DNA of 58,216 nucleotides, filler included, from Sluysia triapertura (Eukaryota): the NCBI GenBank assembly GCA_046118255.1. It is 4 parts of 4 records of this genome, joined end to end, with 100 filler letters (N's around TTAATTAATTAA, not from the genome) between each part and the next. Parts side by side here need not be neighbours in the genome. Positions count along the whole stretch, not along the records: positions 13,987 to 29,183 come from JBJNIA010235117.1; 3 more parts are not named here. The stretch is one strand, 5' to 3'. A program made the translations under genes and the position numbers. The notes under the pieces were generated by a model that saw only the letters and a program-made list of their open reading frames with translations, did not search any database and was not told where the DNA came from. Shown here piece by piece: positions 13,887 through 25,449 of this stretch (position 1 is the first letter of the stretch; the number at the start of each line of letters is the position of its first letter).

Positions 13887-13986
13887 NNNNNNNNNNNNNN
13901 NNNNNNNNNNNNNNNNNNNNNNNNNNNNNNTTAATTAATTAANNNNNNNNNNNNNNNNNNNNNNNNNNNNNNNNNNNNNNNNNNNN
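13887..13986. other. Artificial contig linker N44-TTAATTAATTAA-N44
   Basis: Identical 100-nt spacer with a six-frame stop cassette, seen three times. Confidence 0.98.
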
Positions 13987-15331
13987 TTTTATTTATAATA
14001 TTGATAAAGTAGAAATCATAATATAAACTTAAAAAACATAAAAAATTGAAAAACGTTAATTTTCTAAAAAAAATTAAAAATTCAACTTAGTGTGATATAG
14101 GTATCAAACATACACATGCGAGCGCATACTGGCGCACACTAAATTCGAACGAGCATACAATAAATATGCACTAAGCTCTGTGAAATACAAACTTGCAAGA
14201 AGGTATCGCTCCAGATAAAAATATAAACACAATATTTATAAGTGGCGAGAGGTACTCGGGATAGCGCAAATCGGAACACATTTGATGCGCGAGAGTCTCC
14301 TTCGAGATTCTTAAGTGGTTAAAGAAAAAAATACAAGCAAATTATATTGACAAAACAGAAGCTTAGTTTTAGTTTATTGGAACTTAATTAGTTTATGATC
14401 ATTATATCACTAATGTTTATCACTACTTTATAGCGTCACTTATGCAATAATTATTTCACTTGTCTTCGGTAATGATCGCAATAGCTTCAATGTCAGTCTT
14501 ATTAATAGTGAAGAAAATGATAGTCAAAAATTTTTTGAATATAATTCTTAGCTATACTTAAGTTACACTTATTAATTTCTACGTTATTTTCACTATATTT
14601 CATTTTGTAGTTAAAAATAGTGTGTGGTCTTACTCTACATATTTTAATGATTATGTAGTCAATTTCTTATGCATAGTTAATATCATTCTGTATTAAAATT
14701 TAGGTTATCTGCCTTGTTAGCTTTTTTAATATTTGTAATGAGTATAGAGTGATTTTTCATACCAGAACAATGATGGAAAAATGTTTGTTAATTTGTGTAT
14801 GTTAATGATTACTATCATTTTGTGTTTTTGAGTTACTGTGTTTCTGTTCGATCAGCATTTATTTTTTGGCTAGTTGGTAGGTCTCTCTACATTCTTATTT
14901 TATTTTCACTTTCCTTCATTTTAAGTTTCATAATTTGCACGAATTAAATTATTTAAAGTTACTTTTGTTTTAAAATTGAATTTTATAAACTTATTTTAGA
15001 TTCATATGTGAGTATAAAATAAATTAATAGAATTTATAAAATAAATAGAATTAATAAATTAATAAATTCTTGAACTGGGTGTTAAAATGATTTTACATTT
15101 TCATTGTTTCATATTTTATATGTAAACAGTTTAACAATAAACTGTCCTTAAAAACTCAAAAAAGGGCATCCGTTTTCTAGAATATTGGATATAAAAAGTG
15201 GTGAATTAAAATTTAACACGACACCTTGAAATGACATTTTATTGTTAATAAACTGTACTTTATTTATGAAATGTGCAGTACATTTGTATTTTTAATCTTA
15301 TACAATATTTTAAAAATATTATTAAATTTAG

Positions 15332-15583
15332 AAAGATCATAAATTCACATGTATCTATAAATGCGGTTATGCTTGTGTCAAACAAAACTTTCTCGCAACA
15401 CACTACAAAGAAGAACATTCAGTTAATAATGAAGTAAAACAGTCGAAAAGCTCAAATATTCATAGAAGTTCATGCACATGTGAATTGTGTGGTATAACTT
15501 TTAATCAAGCATCTCTTAAAATACGCCATTTTTTTCAGAAACATTATCGAGAATGTTTTGTGGCACTTGAGTATTTATCGTGA
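15332..15583 (+). CDS. Terminal exon with two C2H2 zinc fingers (gene may be a pseudogene)
   Basis: After the tttag acceptor: KDHKFTCIYKCGYACVKQNFLATHYKEEH...CELCGITFNQASLKIRHFFQKH...stop. The candidate upstream exon (about 15131-15277) contains two in-frame stops. Not in the ORF track. Confidence 0.72.
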   Translation, partial: KDHKFTCIYKCGYACVKQNFLATHYKEEHSVNNEVKQSKSSNIHRSSCTCELCGITFNQASLKIRHFFQKHYRECFVALEYLS

Positions 15584-15985
15584 TGCGTAATTCCACTTCC
15601 TTTTAAATTTGTATAGAATATATAATTAACAATAATAATTTCATTAAGAAAAATCAATTACTTTTTCTATCGAGTGATTTTTTAATCTCGTATGCATTTA
15701 AAACTCAATGTATTATTATTATTATTATTATTATTAATTTTTAGTATTATTATTAATTTTTATTAATATTATCGTTAATTTTTATTAATATGATTATTAT
15801 TATCATCATCTTTATTATTATCATTATTTTTATTATTATTTATTTTATTATAAGTATTTTTGTTTTAATTTATGTTAATTTATGTTGTACTATTTTTAGT
15901 AACCTTAGGGTTCTAAAAATACTTTCAAAGGTAAATTTGAAATTTTTTAAAAAATACTTTTAAGATTTTTTAGTGCTTTATTTGA

Positions 15986-16828
15986 ATGGACAGAACCAAA
16001 TATGTTGTTTTGGATAGACCTGATAGATCGCTAAAGGCACATTCATGTGATGATTCGATGGAGATGTTATTTAAAACTTTATCAGAGCAACTGAACGACG
16101 AAGGAGACTTGGCAGACTTAAAAGATGTATTACTTAAAGACCTAAAAGATGTATTAGCTAAACATTTAAAAGATGTATTACTTAAAGACCTAAAAGATGT
16201 ATTAGCTAAACATTTAAAAGTTGTATTAGTTAAAGATTTAAAAGACGCATTAGTTAAAGATTTAAAAGACGTATTAGTTAAAGATTTAAAAAATGTATTA
16301 GATAAAGATTTAAAAGATGTATTAGATAAAGATTTAAAAGGTGTATTAGTTAAAGATTTAAAAGATGTATTAGTTAATAACGACTTGACTTATTATTTCC
16401 ATTTTTATAATGTATCGATATATTTGTACCCCCATTTTGTTAAATATTATGAAGTTTATCTTTGTATTCAGTTTCATTTTCAAAAAAATAATATACACAG
16501 TTTAGAACGTCCGTCACCAACTTCTCATCTGGCAACTGATGGCATAAACATTTACAATTCTATTCATCTATTGTTTGATACTTGTTTTTATGATGAAATG
16601 TATGGGCTTTTGGAGCCTAAATTAGATTTTTATAAACTTTTGTATAATTCTAATCTCAAATTCGATTTTTCGTATAAATATATTAACGTTATTCATTATT
16701 TTCCTTACATGATTTTGAATATTTCAGAAACAATAAATTGTAACTATTTTAAAACAATAAGTAGTAGTTATAAATCTTATTTTTTCATTAATATAAATAA
16801 TAAACCCCGGTCATCTGATCCTCTTTGA
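15986..16828 (+). CDS. Hypothetical 280-aa protein with 11 octapeptide repeats (DLKDVLxK)
   Basis: 843-nt open frame in very AT-rich DNA, preceded by a 43-nt GT-AG intron-like segment (15931-15973). The stop codon lies inside the tRNA fragment. Confidence 0.55.
   Translation: MDRTKYVVLDRPDRSLKAHSCDDSMEMLFKTLSEQLNDEGDLADLKDVLLKDLKDVLAKHLKDVLLKDLKDVLAKHLKVVLVKDLKDALVKDLKDVLVKDLKNVLDKDLKDVLDKDLKGVLVKDLKDVLVNNDLTYYFHFYNVSIYLYPHFVKYYEVYLCIQFHFQKNNIHSLERPSPTSHLATDGINIYNSIHLLFDTCFYDEMYGLLEPKLDFYKLLYNSNLKFDFSYKYINVIHYFPYMILNISETINCNYFKTISSSYKSYFFININNKPRSSDPL
16115..16378 (+). repeat. 24-bp in-frame tandem repeat, 11 copies
   Basis: Consensus GATTTAAAAGATGTATTAGTTAAA, contiguous, no spacers. Confidence 0.95.
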
Positions 16829-16906
16829 GGGCGTGGGTTCAAATCCCACTCCTGACACCATTGTAAAGATGGCCGGGCTTTATTATTTATATTAATAAAA
16901 AAATAA
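16777..16906. repeat. 40-bp inverted repeat (37/40) with a 50-nt loop holding the tRNA fragment
   Basis: 16777-16816 versus 16867-16906. Confidence 0.92.
16813..16860 (+). pseudogene. 3' half of a tRNA-Leu with genomically present CCA
   Basis: TCTGA (anticodon stem 3' side), variable arm CCTC-TTT-GAGG, T arm GTGGG-TTCAAAT-CCCAC, acceptor strand TCCTGAC, discriminator A, then CCA. This matches the 3' end of eukaryotic Leu CAA/CAG tRNAs. The D arm and anticodon are absent upstream. Confidence 0.85.
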
Positions 16907-18449
16907 ATACTACGAATAATTCTAGATCAGTAAATAATTCTAAGCAAAATAATAAACTACGTCTATACATCTGTAATTAATTTCGTCGATTATATTAATA
17001 ATTCTCCAACCTGAAATTATAAAAATAATTAAAAAATTAATAATATATCTATGAAAAATAAAAACTGAGTGATAATGAAAACGACAATGAAGACTTTGAA
17101 ATTTGTGAAAATTATGAATGTATTTTTATTTTATTTATTTAAATTAGCAAAATCATTTTTAGTAGATTATAGTGAATAAACTAATATTTTGTCTAACATT
17201 GTTATTAAACTATTTTTACACATTTGAACTCAAACTCCTAAATCTGCAAGATTAAATTGTAATGAACTGAGATCTGATCAATTATGTTTAGTAATCACTT
17301 ATGTTAAAGAATGCGGACTAGATCCCACATTGAATAAATTACAACTTGAAATTTTAAAAAATTTAACATTCCATTACCAAGATTAGATTATACTAAATCG
17401 CAACACAATTTCAGTGACTATCTGTCAATTATATCGAGTCTTCGGATTTATTCGAGTACGGTATTGTACATAGTTTTGATCCTCTATCTTAAAAATAAAT
17501 TAAATTCGTTTTTGGTTAATATATTGTTATTTAAGTTCTTTGCAATTTTAAAAGAAATTAAATCGATTAAATTTGTTAATTTAAAAATTAAAGTGTTGAT
17601 AGTTATTTTTTCAAAGTTTATTCACGTTTTTCAATTTTAAATGCACTAAACCTAAAATTCTCTCATAACTATAATAATATTAATATAATTAAGATAGAGC
17701 TTCGAGGACAAAACACTCTCCTTTTGTTTTTGAAGAGGCCAATAAACTATTTGATCTTTTTGAATAATTGCAGAGATATAAATTTCTAATATTCAACGAT
17801 CCTTTACTTATTGTTCCAGAAGAGAATTTCATTGTCCTTTACTTTTCCATTTCAAAAGAAATCGTAAGTAATTTATGTTAAGGTTTATTTCCTTAAACAA
17901 AATTAAGGATAAGCAAAATTAATCTAAATATTCAATTTTATAATTTATTATATCATAACTATTTTGATATAGTTAATTGTAGTTAATTGCGCTTGTTAAT
18001 TGTAGTTTGTAATATATCTGTTGGTTTTTTATTGCTCTAACAATAATCTTTGTTAAAATTAGGTAATTTATGCACGATAAACAAAGTTTTCTGATAACCT
18101 AAAATTAAGTAATATCAACAAAAATAGGACAAAGTATCCGCATCATATTATGCATAAAGAATAAAGTGAAAAGATTTTACCCTCAGATTAATATTTAATT
18201 TAGTGAATACATTCATAAAAATCCAATAAACCACATCTTTCCCACAGGATACAAAACATTATAGGTGGACCCACCAATGACATTTTATAAGTAACAAATA
18301 TAGAAAATATTTGCAATGAAAATAAAACATTTGTTTGGCGACGGCTGCTAAACCAGATTACATTATAAATTCTAATAAATCATCCATGCTTTCTGAAGAC
18401 ACTAAAGCAAATATTTTAAAAGTCTGCTTAGTAATATTTTAGGTTTTAA

Positions 18450-19000
18450 ATGCACACATAAAGTTCAAAAACTTCTGCAACATTAAATTTATTAGGTTGA
18501 TCTGGATTAGACATATATAAAATACATCTATGATAAATACAAATATTTGATGTATTCATTTTTTGATAATAAACAATGAAACAAAGTAAACAAAGAGTCT
18601 ACACAAAGTTTGCGTCCAATAGAAACAATATGCTTAAAGGCATTTTTGTGGTAATGTTTTATTGTATTTTAATAATAAATGTCTGCAAGGGCGCATATAA
18701 TATATTATTATGAAACTATAAAATCTATTTAATTTTTCAAAACAAACTACTCTATTCTGGTGCTTAAGGCACTTCATTTGAAATTTACTTCTACAATTAC
18801 TAAGAAAATTCAAAATATAAGATCCAAATCCTTTATATTTATTAACAACGTGTACTAAAAAATCTATGAAATTTTGTTTCGCATTTATAATCATAAACAA
18901 AATTTTACAGTTCATATGATTGAAGGAATATAACACAACAGCATTAATTTTAAAATTCTGAGTTTTCCTACCTGTGCCGTCCTTTTGAACATCCTATATC
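18450..19000 (-). mobile_element. Possible decayed piggyBac-type transposase
   Basis: Minus-strand fragments CRSKFQM, CALADIYY and GRKLCVDSLFT occur in the order of the piggyBac core motifs (GRxxFxQY, DxxxYY, GxxxxxDNxFTS). Heavily degraded. Confidence 0.35.
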
Positions 19001-19496
19001 AATCCATTTAACAAAACCAAATTCACTGACTCCTACATTTAAAACCGTTTCTGAACTTTGGCCTTTTGTAAAACCATTATCATCTTGTAAACCTCGATAC
19101 AAAACGGATATATCTGCCGTTCCATGCAAACTACTTCATATAACGAACGTTTTATCAACGAATAATTTAAAATTAACGTACCGTTTATAAGATTGTTTCT
19201 AATGACACTTTTCGAGGTTTCTTCATCCATTCATTCATACTTCAACAGGTTAAAAGTTACACCACAAATCTTCAAAAGAAAATCATTTTAATGAGCATTT
19301 ATTAAAGAGTTAAAATCATAAATAAATTTAGTAACACTAAACTTATTATTCATGACAGATATTTAGTCAAAAAAACTCTTTTAGTTCAAAACATCGAAAA
19401 GATAATTCACCAAATTTGATTGATTTAACAATTTTTTAAATTATTTAATAATTAATTGAAAACGAATTAAGTTCTTTATCTTTATTCAGCAATATA

Positions 19497-20183
19497 CAGT
19501 TATTTCTCTCAAATTGGTCAACCTGGGTTTTTAAATTTTTTGGCTAATTTGAGAAGAACTATTTGAAAAAAACTTTTAAAATTAATATAATTTTTAAACT
19601 TATGAGAATTCTGAGGTATCCATAATGAAAAAACGAGGTATAGTGTTTTTTAGTGAAATTTGGTGAGAAATATGATCTATAATTAAATTGGAATATATTA
19701 AAAAGGTGAATTACGGACTCAGTTTTATTTCGTATTAAAAAAAATAAAATTCCCTATTCCTGGCGTTCTTTCTTATCTTTATCATATCTATAGCAAGTTA
19801 TCGAATGTAAAAGTTCGTATTCAAATTTCTGTTTATTTCTGGATATTTGAGAGCTACGATGGATTTGTGTGACTTGTTTTTGCAATCTCTACCAAATTTT
19901 CAGAATTTTTGAGTAAGTTATTGACAGTTCTCCTTGATATATCTACATTAAATTTTGTAGAAAAAACTGTTGCAATAAATTGACAACTTCTACCCTCATT
20001 ATTTTTTTATACTGGATGATTTGAATTTTCTGCTCTAAAGTCAATCTTGTACAATTTTTTGGTCTATTTTTCGCCATATTATTTGGCCAATTTAAAAATT
20101 TAAACAAAAATTTAAATATAAACAAAATTTCAAATTTTTTATAAAATTAATTGTTAACTTGGCCAATTTGAGAGAATGTACTC
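19497..20183 (-). mobile_element. Internally deleted pogo/Tigger element
   Basis: Imperfect TIRs (CAGTTATTTCTCTCAAATTGGTCAA / TTGGCCAATTTGAGAGAATGTACTC) flanked by TA. CENP-B-type HTH start MAKNRPKNCTRLTLEQKIQIIQY. Confidence 0.75.
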
Positions 20184-20709
20184 TATTAAGATTTATATTT
20201 TATTTAAATCTTAAAATTTAAATCATTTATTTCTGAATGAAGGAATTTAGATAACAAACTTAATAAATAATACAAAGGGCATTGACCAAATCATACTATT
20301 ACTTATTGTAAACTCTAATAAATGTTTGTTTTTGAATAATTCTTATTATAACATGGATACAAGTAATGAATTTATAGGAGGCAACCTACATTCATATTAG
20401 GGTATCAGAGTAAGATTTATTAAAATGTATTCTATCCGAAGAATAACAATAACCTCGATATTAAATAACTTTTAAAATGTTTTTGTTTTTCATTAAATGC
20501 CATTTCAAAAAATCATACTATTCAGAATGATATAGTTTGCGAGATATTGTATAAGAATGCATATGTACAAGAACGATATGTGATATCCTTAAATTTACAC
20601 CTAGATATGTTGAGTAACCAAGACAATCACAATAGCTAATAATAATTTGATATTTTCATGCGTTTTATGATTACCTAATTTATTCTTACTTACGATTGGT
20701 TTAACTTAA

Positions 20710-20897
20710 CATTATACGTACCACGACCAGCCAAATGACCATTTTTAGTTTTACTTTATAAAAATACTAAAATTGTATTGTTTTTTACCATTTAATAACA
20801 TGACTTTTAATTTTATATGTAATTTTATATATAGGTACCGGTAAAATGACCGCTGATGATATGAATAAGTATAAATCAAACCTTGGTACGTAAAATG
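20710..20897. mobile_element. 188-bp piggyBac-type MITE
   Basis: TIR CATTATACGTACCA / TGGTACGTAAAATG flanked by TTAA on both sides. Confidence 0.7.
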
Positions 20898-21110
20898 TTA
20901 AGTATTTAAAAATTGTTTTATTTAATGTCAGATTTTATTTTATAAAGGCGGATATTTTATAAAATAAATTAAGCCGATGATTTAAATAAATCTTAATTGA
21001 TTTAAATATCTAAAATTTATTAAGGATATTTTATTTATTCACTGTACATATTTTATAATATATAAAGTTAAAAATTATATTTCAGGATTAATATAACTTC
21101 ACATTTTAAA

Positions 21111-21781
21111 ATGTTTAAAGTTCTGAAATTTTTTTTGAAATTCAATAAAGTTAATTTTCATGTAAGGTACTATTATAGTTTGTACATTGATTTTAGGAAA
21201 ACTTTGGTATATTATTTGATATTGATGGGGTTTTAATAAGAGGAACACAACCAGTAAAAGAAGCTGGTTACATGTTTGAATTTCTTTACAATAATGGTTA
21301 TTTGAATAAAATACCACTTGCATATTTAACAAATTCTTGTGATCCACCTCAAGAGAAAGCAAAGTTTTTGTCTAACTTGTTTAATACAAAGGTAATAATT
21401 TTTCGTTTTAATATAGGTTTAATTTTTTATTTTTATTAGATATCACCAGATCAAGTGATAAATGCACCTGCTCCTCTTAAATTATATACCCATCTTCATA
21501 ATAAAAGGACCTTTTTTGTTACTCAGGATGAACCAAAAGAAGTTTCTCAAACGTAAATTTACAAAATTATGAATTGAAATGTAGTAATAATTTTTAGTTT
21601 AATTATTATTTTGAAATTTAATTTATTTTGGCTTCTATTAATAGTAAATGTTTCATAAATGCAGCTTATAATAGTCATTTAATTATTTAGGCTTAATTTT
21701 ACAAAACCAGTAACATTAGAGGAAATTAAAACAGCATATCCAGTGTTAGATGTTATGAATAAGAAAATAAGGGAAAAACTT
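21111..21781 (+). CDS. HDHD5: HAD-IIA hydrolase, HDHD5/CECR5-like, 5' part (exons 21111-21161, 21197-21391, 21440-21552, 21691-21781)
   Basis: Spliced translation MFKVLKFFLKFNKVNFH|ENFGILFDIDGVLIRGTQPV...YLTNS...|ISPDQVINAPAPL...|LNFTKPVTLEEIKTAYPVLD. HAD motif I (DxDGV) and motif II (LTN) are present. All introns are GT-AG and phase-compatible (35, 48 and 138 nt). 3' exons were not confidently found. Confidence 0.85.
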
Positions 21782-22085
21782 GTTAGTTAGTTTATGAAAT
21801 AATAATACAATTTTTTTTATGTTAAAATAATGAATTTATTTTGTACTTGAAACAGAATAAATATGTATTATTACCGAATGAATTCTTAAATTATTTGCTT
21901 AAGTGTCAATTATTGAAGTTTATATTTTTAAACAATGGATAAAATAGGAATAAATAATTATTCAAGGATAAAATAAATAATGAATAATTAGTTTTACTTG
22001 AAAATGTGCTAAAACTTTATTAGATTAGCGTTATTTTTATTTTTTCACAATTTTTTAAAAGTTGGCATTGGATAAAATTAGTGTA

Positions 22086-23848
22086 CAGTAAACTCCCGAT
22101 TATTCGGGCTAATGATGGTGAGGGTCTGCACGGATAATCGGCAAAATAATAATACAAAATACCAGTATAATACAAAAACAATGAAACTATATTCAATGCT
22201 TTATTAAAAAAATCGGTAATTTTGGTTTGTTGAAGTGAATTTTTCACTGACTTTTTCATATCATCTCGAATTTTTCTTAATGATATTACATCGTTATAGT
22301 CGAAGCTCCACAGATTGACGTATTCTAGTAAAGTATCGACAGAAGTCACTGTCGTGTCGTGACTGATACTATTGGTAATATCATCTACTTTCATTTAGAT
22401 TTGAAATTAGATATGAAGTAATATCCGTGTCACTCTGTATCTGGAATCCTGGATCAGATGAATCAAATTCCATCAATTTCTCAATAATTTGGTCATCAAC
22501 ATTTTCAAAGCCATTTAAATTTTTCATTAGTTCACGTAATTCTGAAATATCCCAGATTCAATAGAGTCCGAAACATTACTTTCTACATTTGACAAAATTT
22601 TCAACCACGATCGAACTAGTGTCATTGGCTTAATTTTGTTCCAAGATTTATATTACATCCAACAATGTCATTTTTTTCCACAAAAGCTTCTAAGGAGATC
22701 ATTGCGTTTCATTAAAGCGATAACTCCTTGTTCTGTAGGTTGAATTAAAGGTGTTGCATTAGGTGGTAAAAATTTTGCATCTATAAGGTCGTCTATGTTT
22801 TCAGTATGCTTTCATTTGGATGACAAGGAGCATTATCTAATAACAGTACTTCCTTCTGTGGCAATCATTTACTTTAAAAAAAACTAGAATTTCAGGGACC
22901 TTTATCTTTAAACCAATGTTCAAAGATCCTTCTGTCCATCCATGCTACTTTTTGATTGTAGTATTCAACAGGATGATTATTTATTTATGTTCCTTTAAAT
23001 GATCTTGGCTTTTTTACTTTTACAATCATGAGAAGTTCCGATGTGTTGCTACAGCGCATGATTGTGATACGTTATTTAGATGATTTATGGCCTAAAGTTC
23101 TATGATTCATTAAACGAAGCAAGTGTCTTTGTGAGCAAGCACTTCCAGTCTCGTCGGCATTATATATTGGTCTGGTTTCAAATCATTTGCTTGAACATAT
23201 TCCCCAAATTCAATCCGGAATTTAGTAGCGGCGTCAACATGCTCACGGATACCATGACGTTTCTTAAATCCGGTTAGCCATCTAGAAGATTCGTTAAAGT
23301 TGTTTTTTAATCCCAATGAATCATAAAAGATTTGGCTTTATGTGCAATTAGCATTCCTTCTGCTCGTTTTTGATTTAAGCATAGCTGTATCTAAATCTTC
23401 ATATGATGACATTTTCATACTTTTCCGAGTTGAAGCACTTGCATTACTATCACAATCTCTTGTAAACTCCTCAAATTTTCTTTTTTGCTTAATTATATCG
23501 CGAACTGTTTGAGCACCAACTCCGTATTCTTCCGAAAGTTCGATGTGGATTTACCCTTTTCACTCATTTCAATTAACTGAAGTTTTTGTTTCAGTACGAT
23601 TATTTGATTGTACGATTGTTTCGCAATTATTTGACATTGCGATAGGGTATTTTTCTAAAATAATTTAAAATTTAAAATAATTTAATTTTAATTAAAATTT
23701 TTATTATCATAAAGTATTTTAAACCTAAAAAAAATAAACAATACATACCGGTAAATCAATAACAAATCAATAAAATTAAAATTGTGCTTCTTAAAAAAAT
23801 AGATGCGTATTTTCTAAATATTATCCACGGATAATCGAGAGTTTACTG
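22086..23848 (-). mobile_element. Full-length decayed Tigger/pogo DNA transposon
   Basis: 21-bp TIRs CAGTAAACTCCCGATTATTCG / CGGATAATCGAGAGTTTACTG (2 mismatches), TA on the left. Transposase fragments LSEEYGVGAQTVRDIIK, SSRWLTGFKKRHGIR, LLLDNAPCHP, FLPPNATPLIQP and QTKITDFF. Confidence 0.92.
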
Positions 23849-25449
23849 TTTATAGTTTAAGTTATAAAGCTATTTTCCCGTTAAAAATATAAATGAATTT
23901 TTACCATTTCAGAATTTTGTATATTGATATTTCTTGACATTAGTATTTTTAAATTTTCCTTAATAAAACTGTTTTTAAAATAATATATAATGTTTTCTGT
24001 AGCAAAATGTAGGCGTATTCATCTTATCATTTTAAGAAAAGCTAAAAATAATGTTCGTTAAGCGTTTTGTAATTTCAAGAAAATAGTCAAAGCACTAATA
24101 TTTATTCTTTAAGAATTTTTAACTAGTTTTTTTGAATTTCTGGTTCTGGTTATTTTCCTTGACAGTGCATTTTAAAGTTTGGTGCAAGCACTGTACAATC
24201 CTCTTCAATTTTATTTTTACTTATTATTTGCCATTAATTTTGTGTCAGTTTGCAATTGTAATTCATTTCAATTTTATTTCTCAGGTACCTTAAATATCCG
24301 TATATAGTATGCTTATTTCTTTATGGATGATAATCGTGGTGCGCATTATGCAATGGTACAACAGGAAATAATTTTTTTCTTGTTTAGAAAATTAGAAAAG
24401 AATAAATTGTTAATTTTTATTCAAAGAAAATTTTTTCATTATAGAGACCATTATTCTCATATTCACTTTCTGCCAGATTCTCAATTTCAATGAACTCATT
24501 ACCTCCAAACATTAATTCATTTTTTATATATCACTTTGCTCATTCTCTATATCAGATATATTGTCCGCCCAAGTAACGTCATCTGACTCATCAGTAGCAT
24601 TAATCATTGGTTTAGCAATTGTATGAAATGCTTGTACTGAGTAACGATTTTGACAAAGTAAAATAAAATAATGTTATGTAAACTTCTGTTTTTATTATTG
24701 AAGTCTGCTCCAAATTTAAGTTTGATAAGTTCGGTTATAAGTTACTTTAATATTTAGTGAAAGTTTTGCTCTCTTATGTTAATGTTAATTTTAATTTTAC
24801 TACTCGTCTCTGATGTAACAGATGGAAGTTCTAATACTATTCTTCTGTACCATTAAGATAAGTATGTTTGAATCAACGAAGTGATCAAAGGTAGTGGAGA
24901 GACTAGTTTTACTTGCTTAACAAATTCAGATGTAAAATGTTTAACAAGATACTATTATCGTGCAAATTTATCTTAATCTTAGTTATTATTATTGTATTCA
25001 ACAATTCTGATGATTAATTTAATGTTATTAAATTTAACAAGTCGTTTAATAAATTATTAAATTCAATACAAAATCAAATATGACTTTATTTGACTTTAAA
25101 TATTACAAAAATATTTTAATTATTGTAAATAATGTAAATTAGTTTTGTAAAAATTTGTAAATTAGAAAATTTGTAAAAATCAAAGTTATTTAATGATAAT
25201 TTGTAAAAAATAAATTTCTACAAAGTTAAATTATTTAAAATTAATCAGTAAATTAAAAATTTATATTATATTTGATTGACAAAATTTAAAGTATAATATT
25301 TACATTATTTAAGGAAGTTAAAGTATTCCGAATGATTAAATATTTACATTATCTAAATCGTTTGATTAACTAAACTTAAAAATACAAATAAATATCAACA
25401 TTATTCGTTAAAAAAGGAAATAAATAAATAATTTCATTGGCTAAAAACT

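Noticed and set aside
13887-13986. TTAATTAATTAA palindrome between N runs (also 29184-29283 and 45910-46009)
   Set aside because: Identical artificial six-frame-stop linker, not biological.
16115-16378. Regular 24-bp repeats as a CRISPR array
   Set aside because: The units are contiguous and in frame with no unique spacers; there are no cas genes and the context is eukaryotic.
16813-16877. Intact functional tRNA gene
   Set aside because: No anticodon loop or complete D arm; called as a fragment only.
17050-17870. In-frame stops in exon-like segments as stop-codon reassignment
   Set aside because: The collagen and HDHD5 exons have no internal stops, and stops in decayed regions co-occur with frameshifts, consistent with pseudogenisation.
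24570-24600. Hammerhead-like CTGATGA-GTCA-GA-TGAC on the minus strand
   Set aside because: The required GAAA core is replaced by GTTA and no closing stems were found; it also reads as an acidic peptide.
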